From Lingula anatina (Eukaryota; Animalia; Brachiopoda), in NCBI GenBank assembly GCA_051362555.1, contig CM120644.1:13476567-13540566 (forward strand): 64,000 nt of DNA, given 5' to 3'. The first letter of the stretch is position 1, and each line of letters starts with the position of its first letter. Under the pieces are notes generated by a model. The model worked only from the letters and a program-made list of their open reading frames with translations, did no database searches and was not told the DNA's origin. Below are positions 12,416 to 25,740 of the stretch, one piece after another. The translations under genes were made by a program, and so were the position numbers.

Positions 12416-14481
12416 ACATTAAGCACTTTTAGCAAGGAAAAGTTGGGGAGTTGTTTTCATGGAATTGTGGACAAACACCTCCCCAAGAAAAATTCCATAT
12501 ACACCTTGATATAATGCTGGGACACACAATGCGGTTCTGGGAAAATTGATCTCGCAAGCTGGTTGTCCTAAACTAAACAACTTGATGACAATTAATATCC
12601 GATGTAATGGGCTCAAACAGCAACTAAATTCAAACGTTTCCCTTTCCTGTGGTAATTGCAGATATAATAGTGGTCAAATGTCCAAACTCTATCGATTAGG
12701 TAGGTATGTTCACCAATTAAGTAAAACATTTGATGTCAGAGTTTTGTTTGTGGCTTTTAGGTGTGGATACAGAAAGGATCCCCGTTCATAAATTGCCCAT
12801 TTGGTTACTTGCTCGAGGGCAAGTGATCAAATAAATTACATAAAATACATAAATTAAAGTAATTGTAAAGCCTATTAGATAAAATTAGTCGTAAATGACC
12901 TGGAAGAGTTTGCTGGCCCTAGGGATTTACAGTCGTGAACGCCTTTAAAACTTTAGTCTGGTACATGCATATATTTATGTTGTAAGTTTTGTTTATATTT
13001 TCTAAAGGCACATTCTTATTCATGTTGTAAGTTTTGTTTATATTTTCTAAAGGCAGTTTACCAAGTGACCAGGAAGCAAAAATCAACGGAGGTCACAAAC
13101 GATGGTGCAAGTCTAGCAGGCTTTGCTATTGTAGATGGTGCCTTATCTATAGCACAGATAATTTTTTGCCACAAAAAACGACCAAATGCCTGGCACATGC
13201 TGTGCTTTTTTTTTTTCTTTTTTTTTTGGCACCAGTCTAAAGAGCTGAACCAACAAACTCCCTGAAATCTTAAAAATATCTCTTCATTAACCAAATCAGA
13301 TATCGGAAGCGTGACTGTTCCGATTCATCTCGTTATGTATTATCAAGGAGAAATGATAAATCAAGCGCTCAACTTAAAAAATCTGAGATCATTAAAAAAT
13401 CGTCATCAGGGAAATGAGTGCCATTGATCTTTTGGGCTTGTCCCGTTACGTAGTTTCTGTATGAGTCCATCAACTACATTAATTTTTTCTCCTAAGATTA
13501 GATATATATAGTTTTACGTTGTCAAACTAACATTGTATATTTATGCACTGACAGGATAAACAAAACTCTACAGACATTAAAATCTTGCAGACAAATACAT
13601 GAACACGTGTGTAAAAAGTGTTGGTCGTGCGCCACTACGAAAATATAATCTTTTATCTTAAAAAGAGTGAAACATTCAAACCTTTTAAAATGGGTCCTGT
13701 TCAATATGCAACCAAGAAAGACAAAGCGCGGCACGAGAGGTTGCTTTTAAGGCAAGGGTGCTTTTGAGGTCGGACGTCAGTTTATTTCTTGGCTTATAGA
13801 GAACAGGGACAAGGGTATGGAATGTATAACTCATGTAATTATCGAAATTGATACCATCCTTCTATAAGTTCTTTGCCGCCGGCTTAACATTAAAAGATAT
13901 CGAATAGACTTATAGACGCTCTTCTTTAGAACAGGGGATTATACAAATAGACATTACGATATTGTTTGCGCCATTACGTGGCTGTTGAATCGTATATACA
14001 AACATGAGCAGATGTTTTCATAAATAATCATAATAAGTACACAATTCTTTGTATTTTAGCATTAAAACAATTAACCGTCAGCTTAGACAAACAGGAAACA
14101 GCAAGTTTTTCGTTTTTTTTTCCTTTTTTTTCTTTTTGAATTACCATATATTTCTTTCAAGTAATAACGTGTCGAAGTCATCTCTCCTCTCATTCTAGAC
14201 ACTATTCATTATCCACTTGCTAAGCTATTGTATTTTATTAATAGTTACATTAATTACAACGAACAGAGAATGGTAACTTATAATATTGTAACCATAATGA
14301 AATGTTGTGACAATGAATTCTCCAAAATACATTTCACTAGTTTGTAGCTTGCAATACAACAGAACTACAATTGTAAGGCATTCAAGCATTATTTCATTCC
14401 ATCTGATATCCTCTAAATGTCTCGTGGGTTTTCAATTTTTGTGAGTCTCATTAATAAAGTATTGCTATTTCTAATTTCCGG

Positions 14482-15408
14482 TCAAGTGGCCGTAAAATTC
14501 CCAGCACAGGGCACAGTGACATCTGATGGTTTAAACTGGATCATCAAAAAGAAATAAGTCAGGAACATGCCGATTATCTGAAAGAGATGACGGTTTATTT
14601 GTCTTACTTATACTTGTGAATTTATTTCCAAACACTTAACAATTAAACGCTTCACCCTTGCACTGAAAATGGTGTTAAAATCCACTCACCGTAAAACCAA
14701 CAATTTTCAAAATTTATTAAAATATCAATCCCAGCAACCATTGACAAAATTGCATTAGACTACATTTGTTAATATACCTTCTTTAAATTCTTGCAATATA
14801 TAATGTCAGAAAAATTACTTAACACCAGACAAACTTAATAATTTGGTTAATCTCTGTAAACAATGACCACGTCTTTTTCTTCTCGTGCTACGTTTAATAA
14901 GCAAAAAAATAATTGTTACGTCGTTCGATCTTACCATTATCTTTCTTTTTTATTATAATATTTAGGTGAAATATTTAAAAGACAGGGTGTAAGCTGTTTA
15001 AGACCGTGAAAACAGCACAGGTGTTATTTTTTTCTGTGATCAGCTGTAATTGTCTCCCTCCTACCAATCTAAATCCCAATGCATTTCTTAATTTGAAAAA
15101 ATGTTGAAATAAGAAAAATATGATTTTTTCGCAATGAGGGGTCTCACGCTCCTTGACAAAATTATCATTTTTGTATTTCTTGACTACAGATATAATTGAT
15201 CCATTTTATAACATTACTGTGAAAACATTTACAATGTAACCATTTGAAGGAACTGAAGACTGTTTCTAGAATCCACTCACCGTCAAAATGGTAGGTTTAT
15301 CTATTGTAAACATCCCCAGTGCACTAAATCCTATTGGAGTTACACTAAGCTTGTTCAAGAACATCTGAAACTAAATAATTTGTAATTATTTAATGACAGT
15401 GTTAAACG

Positions 15409-15459
<51 letters not shown>

Positions 15460-16377
15460 TAAAGTATCTTTTTACAAAAGTTGTCAAATTAGGACTTATT
15501 ATGCTAGCAGTTTAATTGAATTTTACTGTATTTCACTAATCATAATTGCATGTTGTTCTTTATCACCGATCAATGAGCTCAATAGCCATGTGTTCAAATT
15601 CACATTACAATATTCCATTGATATTTTGCAAAACCGGTGTAACACGACAGAGAGTCCTCAATGGCAGAGTCCGCTTCCCATTCATTTGTACAGGTAAGCC
15701 TCGCCCTAGATTTTGACCCATTTAGGTCAGGTTTACCATTATATAACTAAATAGAGGGCGGAAACTGTGTTACACGGACCCTCAGTTTCTCTACACCTTC
15801 TTTGGTCAAAAAGCTTTAAAACAATTATTTTTAAGTTGTGGAATGCTACAGAGAAGACTAAAACTTGTGAACATCGCTGGGATTAACTGGCGTTTCCAAA
15901 CAATTGTCGCGGGCATGATGAGAGAGAGCAAAATATGATCCCAGCCGGTTTTTATAATATTTTAAAAGCTTACGTCACGTCTATTGAACTAAAGCATCGA
16001 TTTCTCCCATACTACTTATGGTAGGTATTTATATTGCAATTACTGTTTTTGAGTTTTATCGATCGATTTTTATCCTATTTGCTGGACGTTTCATTTTAGA
16101 GCAGGTTGGTCATATAGGGCGGTAATGAACAGTTGGTAAACATCTAATGTTAAAAAGAGTTAACAATATATTGAACTGATGATAAGGATGATGTCGATCC
16201 TTCGGTGTAAAAACCAGTCCAAAGTATTCCGAATGAGGTTCATTCCGTCAAATGTGCAGTTTTTATGAAACATATAAAACTGTGCTTTAATTTCTTGCCG
16301 TGGCAACTGGTTGGTTCCATAAATATATAAGTGTCAATCAAAATTTCATAAAGGCCAAAGTAAATTCCTCTATTGTT

Positions 16378-16408
<31 letters not shown>

Positions 16409-18761
16409 GTTTTTGATGGCTGTTAATTAAAAAAATTGTTTCTCTGGGAGCATACAAGCCGAAGACGTTATTTATTGAATCCAAAAACATTATCTATAAT
16501 TTGAAAAGTGTATATTTAATTTTACTTGCAGGACACTACCTCTTCTATAGTCTATTGCCCCGAAGCGTTGGTTAATGCGGAACCATTTTATTCTTACCGA
16601 AATCAACTGGTTATCGGGTATGATGTCCAACTGAGCCTCGTTGAGCTCCAAGAGTGGGGAATGTGCCTAAAAGAAAAAAGACATTACAACTAGAAAAGCA
16701 CTCAGAGAGCGCATACCTCCGCCAAGGCAGCAAAGTCTCCATCCAATGCCGTTTCAATTTTCAATATTTTTGGCAATTGATAATTGATTGATTATTGACC
16801 CGGATAACCACCAAAAACTAATCATCTCTTCCGTGGCCCGCTTCTGATAGTTCCTGAAAATTTCATAAAAATCAGTCCATAACTTTTTGAGTTATGTTGA
16901 TGACAGACGGACAAACAGACAAACAACCAGGGGTGAAAACTTAACCTCCTTGGCGGATTTAAATATACTTTGTTATAATTAAACATTTACATATATATTT
17001 AACAGCATATGTGACAACCGAAACAACAATTTAATCACTTCAATAATCGGTAATATTTTCTTAACACAACTGTGATGTATTTTTGTTTGAGCAATAACGT
17101 GTTTTATTCCATATCCTCGTATAGTACCAGATCAACAAAACAACTGTCTTTCTCAGTAAACTCTCCTGGTTTCGACCCCCCCCCCAAAAAAAAAAAAAAA
17201 AAAAAAAAAAAGGAGGAGGAGACTGGGCCCATTGTATCCCAAGCAATATAGCCGTGTCTTCCCACATGCACTAGCCCAAATCTGTCGGTTCAGCACAAGT
17301 AGGACATTACATCGTTAGATCGAAAAGCATACATTGAGTATTTTTACTTGAATGCATTTTAAATATTGGATCAGTTGTCAAAACAATTCAATAAAAAGGA
17401 AATTATCCGTCAGACATTGCAGGAAGACATACTGCCAATTCATTGTTTTTTGGTTTCCTATGTAATGGCCCTGTCACACCTTGACGATTTAGCTAGCGAA
17501 CGCCAACGTATGAAAAATTTGGCCAATACGCTGGCGTACGTCGAATGAGTGGTGGGTAAGTTTTGTATAAGTTAAGAACACGCTGAAGCACGCCGGTAGT
17601 CCAAAAATTTTATGCATGCACAAAACTTTTGGACGTATGTCAACGTATGATTCATACGTCCCGCATACGCGAGCAATAAGTTATGCGATCGTTGACACCC
17701 CATTCAAACAAACGTTATGTGTTAATTACTCACAAGTCGTAATACGTCAAGATAATATCAAGCTTACCAAGACGTTTGTTCAACCTTTGATTAACGTGTT
17801 TCGAACCTATGTGTAACTTATATCGAAATTACCTCTAACGCACATTGACATATTTAGACGTATTTGACGCATTCCGAACAACCCCGGAACTAACTAAACG
17901 TGATAACGTTGAGCTACCTTATGATGGCTTGTTGGCAGTGTTTAGGAGAATTGGGGTATAAAAATGGGGTTCGCATAATGGTGATGTTGACACTGCGATG
18001 CCTAGTGAGGTTAAGATTTGAGTCATCAAGTGGCAGCCTTTTCAAAGGCTACGGCACGTGATCGTCGGCCATACGCTGCCGTGTGGTATGCATAAGTTAG
18101 ACTGGCGTTGGGCATAAGTTGTGAACGCCGGCAACACGCTACGCATTCGTTGGTATAAGTTGTCTATAAGAAATAGAAACGTTCTATATAAGTTACTAAT
18201 ACGTCATGCATACGCCGAACTCGTTATGAATACGCTATGTATACGCCAAAATTTGGAAAAAAAACGTCGACATTGCCATCACAATGATCACGTCGGGTAT
18301 ACGCTGGCAAAATCGTCAAGGTGTACGTGACAGGGCCATAAACGAAATTCGGGTCCAGCTACATTACGTGTTGATCAATATACTGAAAATGCTCAGCCGA
18401 GGAAAACGTCGATTGTTTTTTTTTTTTAATCCTCGAGCTACAAAAAATCGAGACATGTCAGACATGTCTAAATTGTCATTAAATATTGTACAATTTACAA
18501 AGCACTGATTTTGATGAATTTAGCCAGATGATCCGTACATATGTAGAAAAAAAAAAAAAAAGCAGACGGCATCTCATCTAGCTGATCTCCGATTGTTGCT
18601 CCAATGGAAATAACTAAAATTACTATAAGAAACTAAAGCTATTTTGTCCCCGAAACCTTTGTTTTTTTTCGACATTCGTGCGGCGTTCAAATAGAGGTTG
18701 AGAGAGAGAGATGTTGAGATGAACTTCTATGCGTGCATATGCATGTAATCATAAGGCAAAC

Positions 18762-18810
<49 letters not shown>

Positions 18811-19928
18811 CTGACCTGATCGTTAACTATTGCCCCAATGGAAACGACGCCCAGTTGCATTACGACCTGCACTGCCCAAGATGCCATTACCAATATGTCA
18901 AGGGGTGTACCGGCCACCTCGTCCAAATGATAAATCAACATGTAACATATGAGGCAACAAAGTCCTGTATTTAAAACCAAAACGTAGGCCAGAAAAAAGC
19001 TGAACATCCCATCGGCAATGTCGAATAATTTACAAAGTTTCAGATGACGGCGACGGTGGAACTCCACACGGAGAGGCTCACCTGAAACAAGTGCTTGTTG
19101 TACTTCCTCTTTAAACTCATCGTTGAATGCCTTAAACAGGGTGTAAAACAGAATACAGAATAATATGTAAATGACATATGGCACAAAAGCAGCCAGACTC
19201 GTGTAAAATGCACTAAATGCCACAACTACATTCAGTATAGTAACCTCGGTGCTGGGGACTGTGACATTCACAACGTAGTGAAACGGAGGATAGAGAAATA
19301 CCGGCGTTAATTCATTTGCCATTAAGTAAACCATATAAACAATGTTAATGGCATTATAAAATACCACAAATGCTGCTGCAATTTTTGTCTTTAGATCGAG
19401 TTTTATTGCCTCCATGACGCTAGGAAGATCTGTTTCCAACCGGGCGCATTCCCTCCAGATCGCTGGTAACCGGTCGTTGTAATGACAAGCACAGTAACAG
19501 AACGTAGCTTGAAGAGCGCAAATCAAGTACCAAACCGCAAGCATAATTTTATAATAAAGTTCTGAGTTTGCTACACTCTCATTGCCATCAAATGCAACCA
19601 GTCCACGTGCTATGAAATGTACCCACATATAGGACACAGCAATGAAACTGTAAACTTGTAAAGCGGACACTTTCTGCTTCCCTGGTTCGCCCCTCTTCGC
19701 CGAGACATCGTGAATTTGGGTGCCACTCTTTCTCTCGTGGTAAAGTCCAAATATTGCCATAACAACACGTAACGGTTTAAAACTTTTATAAACTTTGGAA
19801 TCTTCTATGGCCAAAACCTGGCCAGCTTGTCTCTTAGAAAAAGCCTCAGGTATACGCCTCGTATCATGTTGTCTCCCAACCATGTCAAATCCGTCAAGAG
19901 TTGATATTGCGTCTTGAACGTTGGCCAT
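14482..19928 (-). CDS. Gustatory receptor-like 7TM chemoreceptor, copy 2 (GRL2), 455 aa; recent duplicate of GRL1
   Basis: Exons 19928-18816, 16666-16598, 15370-15281, 14577-14482; same exon lengths (1113/69/90/96) and phases as GRL1; TYFFLMIQF motif; introns and flanks still alignable to GRL1. Confidence 0.92.
16688..16960. mobile_element. Helentron-associated (HINE/DINE-1-like) non-autonomous element in GRL2 intron 1
   Basis: Absent from the paralogous GRL1 site (~10235); subterminal inverted repeats tccgccaagg (~16718) and ccttggcgga (~16948); internal gaca-type microsatellite (gacagacggacaaacagacaaac); no TSD seen. Confidence 0.7.
17466..18338. mobile_element. 873-bp non-autonomous PIF/Harbinger-like DNA transposon in GRL2 intron 1
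   Basis: TIRs tggccctgtcacaccttgacgattt / aaatcgtcaaggtgtacgtgacagggcca (right TIR has a 4-bp insertion); TAA target-site duplication (17463-17465, 18339-18341); the paralogous empty site in GRL1 has a single TAA at 10704-10706. Confidence 0.88.
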
Positions 19929-20033
19929 TATGTCCAAAATGAATGGCAATTAGAAACACAGGCGTGAGCTGCTGTACACTTATATAAGCGTTATATTGAT
20001 TACCTATTATCTTTGACCCATTAGTACATTAAG

Positions 20034-20545
20034 TGTGAGATAATGCACTGTCACCCGAGCGATATATGCCATAACACCTCGAGCGTCATCCTAAAACACC
20101 CCTAAAACCGAATAAATTGATCCTATGTCATGCTCTAGAGATGTTATATGGAATAAACTCGTCCACGTGCGCTGGTCACCTCCCGCCAAATTCTTACGTA
20201 TTGTCTGACCAATTTTTGGATTTTAAATTTGTCTACGTATATAACGCAAGCAAAGTCGCTATTCTCTTGTCAAGAAGGTTACATGTAAACTTCCGTCTTC
20301 GGCTTTCAGCATTTTAGAGACCTCGACTGATTTAACCAAGATGTAGTCGTGAAAGTCTACAGTAGGCCTACATCGAGGTTAAATCCGAGTTTTCCGAGAG
20401 ACGCTACGCAGAAATGTCAAGTGAAGCGAGATATTTCTGGGTAGCGGCTCGAGGTTGCCCTCGATCTTCACTGAAGCTTGGCTAAATGGACAGGCTTCAG
20501 TGATCAGCATATCGCCACGGTCACATAACATCCCTAGTTATGTAT
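20034..20545. mobile_element. ~510-bp interspersed-repeat insertion in the GRL2 promoter
   Basis: Absent from the otherwise alignable GRL1 upstream region (ttagtacattaag^cac..agcaagg at ~12423); related sequence (gtgtgag.taat.cactgtc...aaaacacccctaaaaccgaataaa) at ~49242-49417. Confidence 0.7.
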
Positions 20546-22084
20546 GCACGTTGAGCAAGGAGAAGTTGGGGAGTTGTTTTCATAGATTTGTGGACAAACA
20601 CCTCCCTGTGGAAAATTCCATATGCACCTTTACATAATACAGGGACACACAATATATCTGAAAAGTGCGGTTCTGCGAAAATTGATCACACAAAGCGCTG
20701 GTTGTGCTAAATTAAACAACTTGATGACAATAAACATCCGATCTAATGGCACTCAAATAGCAACTAAATTCAAATGTTTCCCTTTTCTGTGGTAATTACA
20801 GATATAATAATGGTCAGATGTCCAAACTCTATCGATTGTGTAGGTATGTTCACCAATTAAGTAAAACATTTGATGTCAGAGTTTTGTATGTCGCTTTTAG
20901 GTGTGGATGCAAAAATGACCCCCCCGTTATAACAGAGTTCCGCTCATACCAAATTGTCCACTTGGTGACTTCCACTTTTTATGTTATTCTATATCACATT
21001 AGAAAAATTAAAAAATCTCATATTAGACATTTCTGAACATTTTTGTACACGTTGCACAACGCCGCTAATTGTTGAGATTCGAGCGTCCGTCGTGAGCACT
21101 CCTTTTATGCTCCTGGCGTAGGAGTGACTCATGTGCTTTCGACTGTGTTCGTTAGCTGTGAGGGTGTGCGACGTACTCAACACGCAAAGGGCACTTGCTC
21201 CTTCATTGCTTGCGACGTGAGTCTTGGACCACGCACGTCTTACTTGCGAACTCCTTGAGAGGAGGGTAAAGTTACCGAATGCTTTAAGAAGTTTAGCATT
21301 CATTTTGTGCAGACAGAGAATGTTTAAACTTATGATTATTATCAGTGGATTGCACAGATGATTTTCATTGGAAAAATTCAGGTCATAAATGGAATGTTTT
21401 ATTTTGGAAGATTCATACATATTAAATGACTTTGATTTATAAAATGCTCCACAGTATAATTTTTGTCTTTTATTTTTGATGAAATAATATTCTATATACA
21501 TAGCATTTTACCCATGACATTTTCAAGCCAAAAAACCGAATACAAGGTACGCAAAGGCAATTGCGCCTCGGTTGACTCATCGCAAATTATATATTTATAA
21601 GCCCGAAGGGCTTGGTGTTCTATACATTTGACACGTTAATAAATGATGATGATCATAGTCTTCAAACAAGCGGCGATATCGCTTTTAGCGCGCAGTCAAA
21701 AATTGCGATACCTTCGATTTAGGCAGAAGAGCCGGATCGCAATGTTTGTCTGCGGTCGCAATTTGTCATGCTCTCAAGTTATCGAAACCTGTCCAGTTTC
21801 ATGGTCGCACTAGGGTTGCCTTCCAGTGTTAAAGGGGGGGGGGGGTAGCTTGCGACGCTATAAAATAATCCTCTATGAACAAAAGGAACAAAACGCCACG
21901 GGAGATTGATTACACGAGTTTGATTTTAAAGGTACTTAAAGGGGGCGTGCTTTCCTATTCGTCTGGGTGATTAGGCCAGTCACCTTATTCCGCAACGATC
22001 ATTATTAGTGAAAGTGTAAAAATCATACCTGTCCTTTGCAGTCAAAACTTCCAATTTCCTGTCTTAGGACTCATTCTCGTTGAA

Positions 22085-22300
22085 ACTATCTGTCTAAGTA
22101 CTTGGTAGATCGATCCAACCCCGTGGGGACATTCGCTAAATACAATCAGTTTAACAGATCAACACGCCTCCTACTGAGTAGCATACAGAAAAGCTGGTGT
22201 TTGTACAAGAACTTTGGGAAAAAGAGACGTGTTAATCTGTTAAACTGACTGCATTCAGCGAGAGTTTGATAGAACTACCCAGTACTTAGACCCATAGAAT
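22085..22300. mobile_element. Foldback/MITE-like long imperfect palindrome just upstream of the hypX-like gene
   Basis: Arms tctaagtacttggtag / ctacccagtacttaga and cgctaaatacaatcagtttaacagatcaacacg / cgtgttaatctgttaaactgactgcattcagcg pair as reverse complements. Confidence 0.65.
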
Positions 22301-22372
22301 TCGCGTGGTACGCACAATAAATGCATATAAATATTTTCCTCGACTGTAGAAAGGGAAAAAAGCCATTCAATT

Positions 22373-24858
22373 ATGCCGCCGTATTTGCCTATGCCAGGTC
22401 AGATATCAAGAAACCCATCTTCAATAGCAGGACTCCGTGTTTTACTAGTTTCCAACTCTGTCAACAGTTTGACCAATAGAGTTAAGATGACCTTACAAAG
22501 ATTGAAGGTAAGTAAAATAGTAATTACAAAAACAACTTATTTGTACTGCTTTAAGGCTCCCTTAAACTCTAAAACCCATACAGAATGTTTTGTGCATTTA
22601 AATAGCATTGATTAATAAGAGTACAATGCTATTTTTGTGTTCTGACAGTTTATGGGGCCTATTAATCTATTTAATAGCAAAGTCGAATCATTGCACGTTC
22701 CCATAGCTCAGGTACATGTACTGCCAAAAAGTCTTGACATTTCATATGGAATAATTTTTCCAAATCATTTTTTTTTTTTGCTTTTTTTTCTGACTGAAAA
22801 ATGAATTCGAGGATTTATTTCATCTTTTAAAAAACTTTTAATTAAATCTTCAGTGCCACTGTGTTGAATGAGTCATTGTCATGAGTTCTTTATTTGAATT
22901 ATCCTCATTAAGCAAAGAAATATAAATGGACTATTCTTACTCATACAACAACCACTAAAAAGGTGTTTTGGATCTCCACATATTCGATATCATAATATGT
23001 AAATAAGTTTTACATCTGTAAACGAGAGGAGGCTTGATCGTATCAGTGTCTTGTCACAGGCTGCTACCAGGGTTCTCAAGCGGCAAGGCATTCCCTGGGA
23101 CAAGTTTTGTAAAAGTGTAACCTAGCTGGAATAGTATTCCTGGCATCGGTCAGAACTTGTTCAATTTTGTTCCGGTTTGTTGCAGGACCAGTAGACCGAT
23201 GGTTTGTCTGAAGTGTTCAAATCTGGTGATCTTGATGGCTGTGGTAGCTCCTCAGTCCTTGGGTTCTGTAAGTAATCTACGCATACAAGCGGTCTGAGCG
23301 GACTGGCATTTTCAAATTGTAAAAAAATTCTTCCTGAGGTGTCCTCTAGCAAGTAGTAGGCAGGTGGTCTCCAGAATATTCCTGTATTTGACGTGGTCAG
23401 ATTTCAAACGATGACTACCATTGCTGTTTTGGCACCATTTTAGGAGTGACGCACACTTCGTTGTAGACCTCTTCAAAGTGTCCCTGAGCTCATATTTGAC
23501 CACTTTGGTGGTACAAATGAAATCTAACCTCAACAGAAAAAGCCATACGGTTCCAATGTTGTGCCAGGAACAGTTAATGGTTCCTTACATATTACATAGG
23601 CGACAAGGTTGTACTTTCCATAGGATTAGTAACCTGCTTAAACCACTGTAGCGTTCGCAAAAGGCCTTGAAAAACACTTTTTTCTGATGGAAATTTGTCC
23701 CTCAGTTTGATGGGAAACGGCTGCCGTTGTTTAGTTGTACAGGTAAAAGCCAAACTGTGGTTTTAAGTTGTGGTCACCCTGGGCGTGACATCTGCGAAGG
23801 TACACCAATCTGGGCATGCCTCTGGAACACTGTGCCGATCGTTCCTTAACCTTATGACACAATTTATCTGTCTGGTAATTGCACCATTCTAGCGTAGCTA
23901 TAACTAGAGCAACGGTTCTGTGAAACATTGCTTCGCTCAATCTACGCAAGCTGCTTGCTTTTATGCAAAATTTCAATCACCAGTGAAGGCGTTTCCAAGA
24001 TATGTATACTTACTGCTAGGACTACCTCAAAGAGTACTGCCCAATGGAATTATCACATATTACGTAATACTGGAGTGCCATAGACAAGGTAGTCAATTTA
24101 TTGGTACTGACACACCTGGCTACCAAATTCTCTATTCACATAACTTAAACCAGAAGGGAATTTTTTTTAAAATAACAATTCGTCTAAACCTGGAAATGCC
24201 TTTTCAAGTGAAATATTCCATACAAAATGTCAACTTAATATTTATTACAGTGCGTTGCCAAAATAGTTACAACCCAGTTATGTATGCTGCTGAAAACTGC
24301 CACATAAAATGAGAATTAGTTCAATCTTATTTTAGAAGGGCAACAAAATAATGTTTTTAGGTTCAGAACAAAAATTTGAAACATTCTCATGAAAACAAAC
24401 CATTATACTTTATTTATTCAGAAAAAAAAGAGAGTTAAGAATATGATTTTTGGATATTTTGATAAATTTCATCATTTTATATTACAAATAGTTAATGCAA
24501 TTTTGACAGTTTATCCTATAGTCTGTTACACTGTAGATTAATTTATATTTACTGAACTGTAGAGGTAGTTAAGTCCAATTGCCGAAAAACGGGGGTACGG
24601 GAAAGGAAACCGTTTATAGTATATGACATAACAGTGCCATGAAAAGACCCACGTTCCACCACCAAAGTAGCCATGCACAGGACACCAGAGGGACATAGAA
24701 AAAAGGTAGACCTTACATCACATGGAGAAGGACTGTTGAAGTAGAGTTGAGACAACTGGGAGAAAGCTGGGGAACCATTCAACACCTAGCTGGCTCGTGA
24801 CAGAGAGCAGTGGAAGTGTTTTGTTGGTGCCTTAGACGCTCGACGGTGTAAAAAGAGA

Positions 24859-24890
<32 letters not shown>

Positions 24891-25701
24891 ATTTAACTGA
24901 AGGATTGTTCAAAACATATAAATAATTAATGCGTGCAACAGTGAAGCATTTCTTAGGAAAATGTTTAAAAGTTCTGACATAAACCAATAAAGTTAAATTT
25001 TCAGTGAATTTTAACCTAGAATACCTGTATAATACTAAAGGGTACTTTTGTTAAAAATCGTCTGCATTTAAATGACTTAATGATTTTTGAAAAAATGGGG
25101 GTAAGGAGTAGACGTTGTTCATACACTGTAGTAGGGAAATTAAGTAAGATTTTAAAACTATGTTTTTTATCTACATATTATGGTTAAATACTATTTTGCG
25201 TGTACAGTAGGCTTCCCATAGCCCCTTTTGCAAAAGTGTTAAATTTAGTTAAGGGGCGCGAATTTTAGACAACTGCTGTTCAGCTGACTAAGGTGCCTTT
25301 TACAATAAATCTAAAAGATCGCTTGTTTAACTGTTTGACCTTAAACCTTTGACAATGATTTATTTGTCCAAGTCATTATTGAGCTCATAGGCAAATTACT
25401 TAAGTCTATTAGGATTTTCTTTTCAGAAACAGTGTCAAGATCCGTGTCACAACCGTTAATTGCTCCTTGGCAACGGACGTGTGTTTATTTGCATTGCTGA
25501 GCTGATATCGCTCTCAAAACGCCACGGTTTCACTGTCATCGTAGTTTACAAAGTCTCGGCAATTACCCTAACAAGTAAAAACACATGCAAGGTAAAACCA
25601 GCTCTACAGGCTCACTTCTACGGTCTGTAGTGTCTTACTTCTAACTACTTGTTAATCATCGGAAGTAAATAAACCAAGTCCTTGTGCACAAGCCAATATT
25701 T

Positions 25702-25740
<39 letters not shown>

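Noticed and set aside
20989-21501. 170-aa minus-strand ORF between GRL2 and hypX
   Set aside because: No recognisable domain, splice structure or coding-like composition.
25427-25591. Possible extra exon in hypX intron 1 (ttttcag acceptor, aag|gtaaaa donor)
   Set aside because: Stops in all three frames and no HypX similarity; exon 1 joins exon 2 in frame without it.
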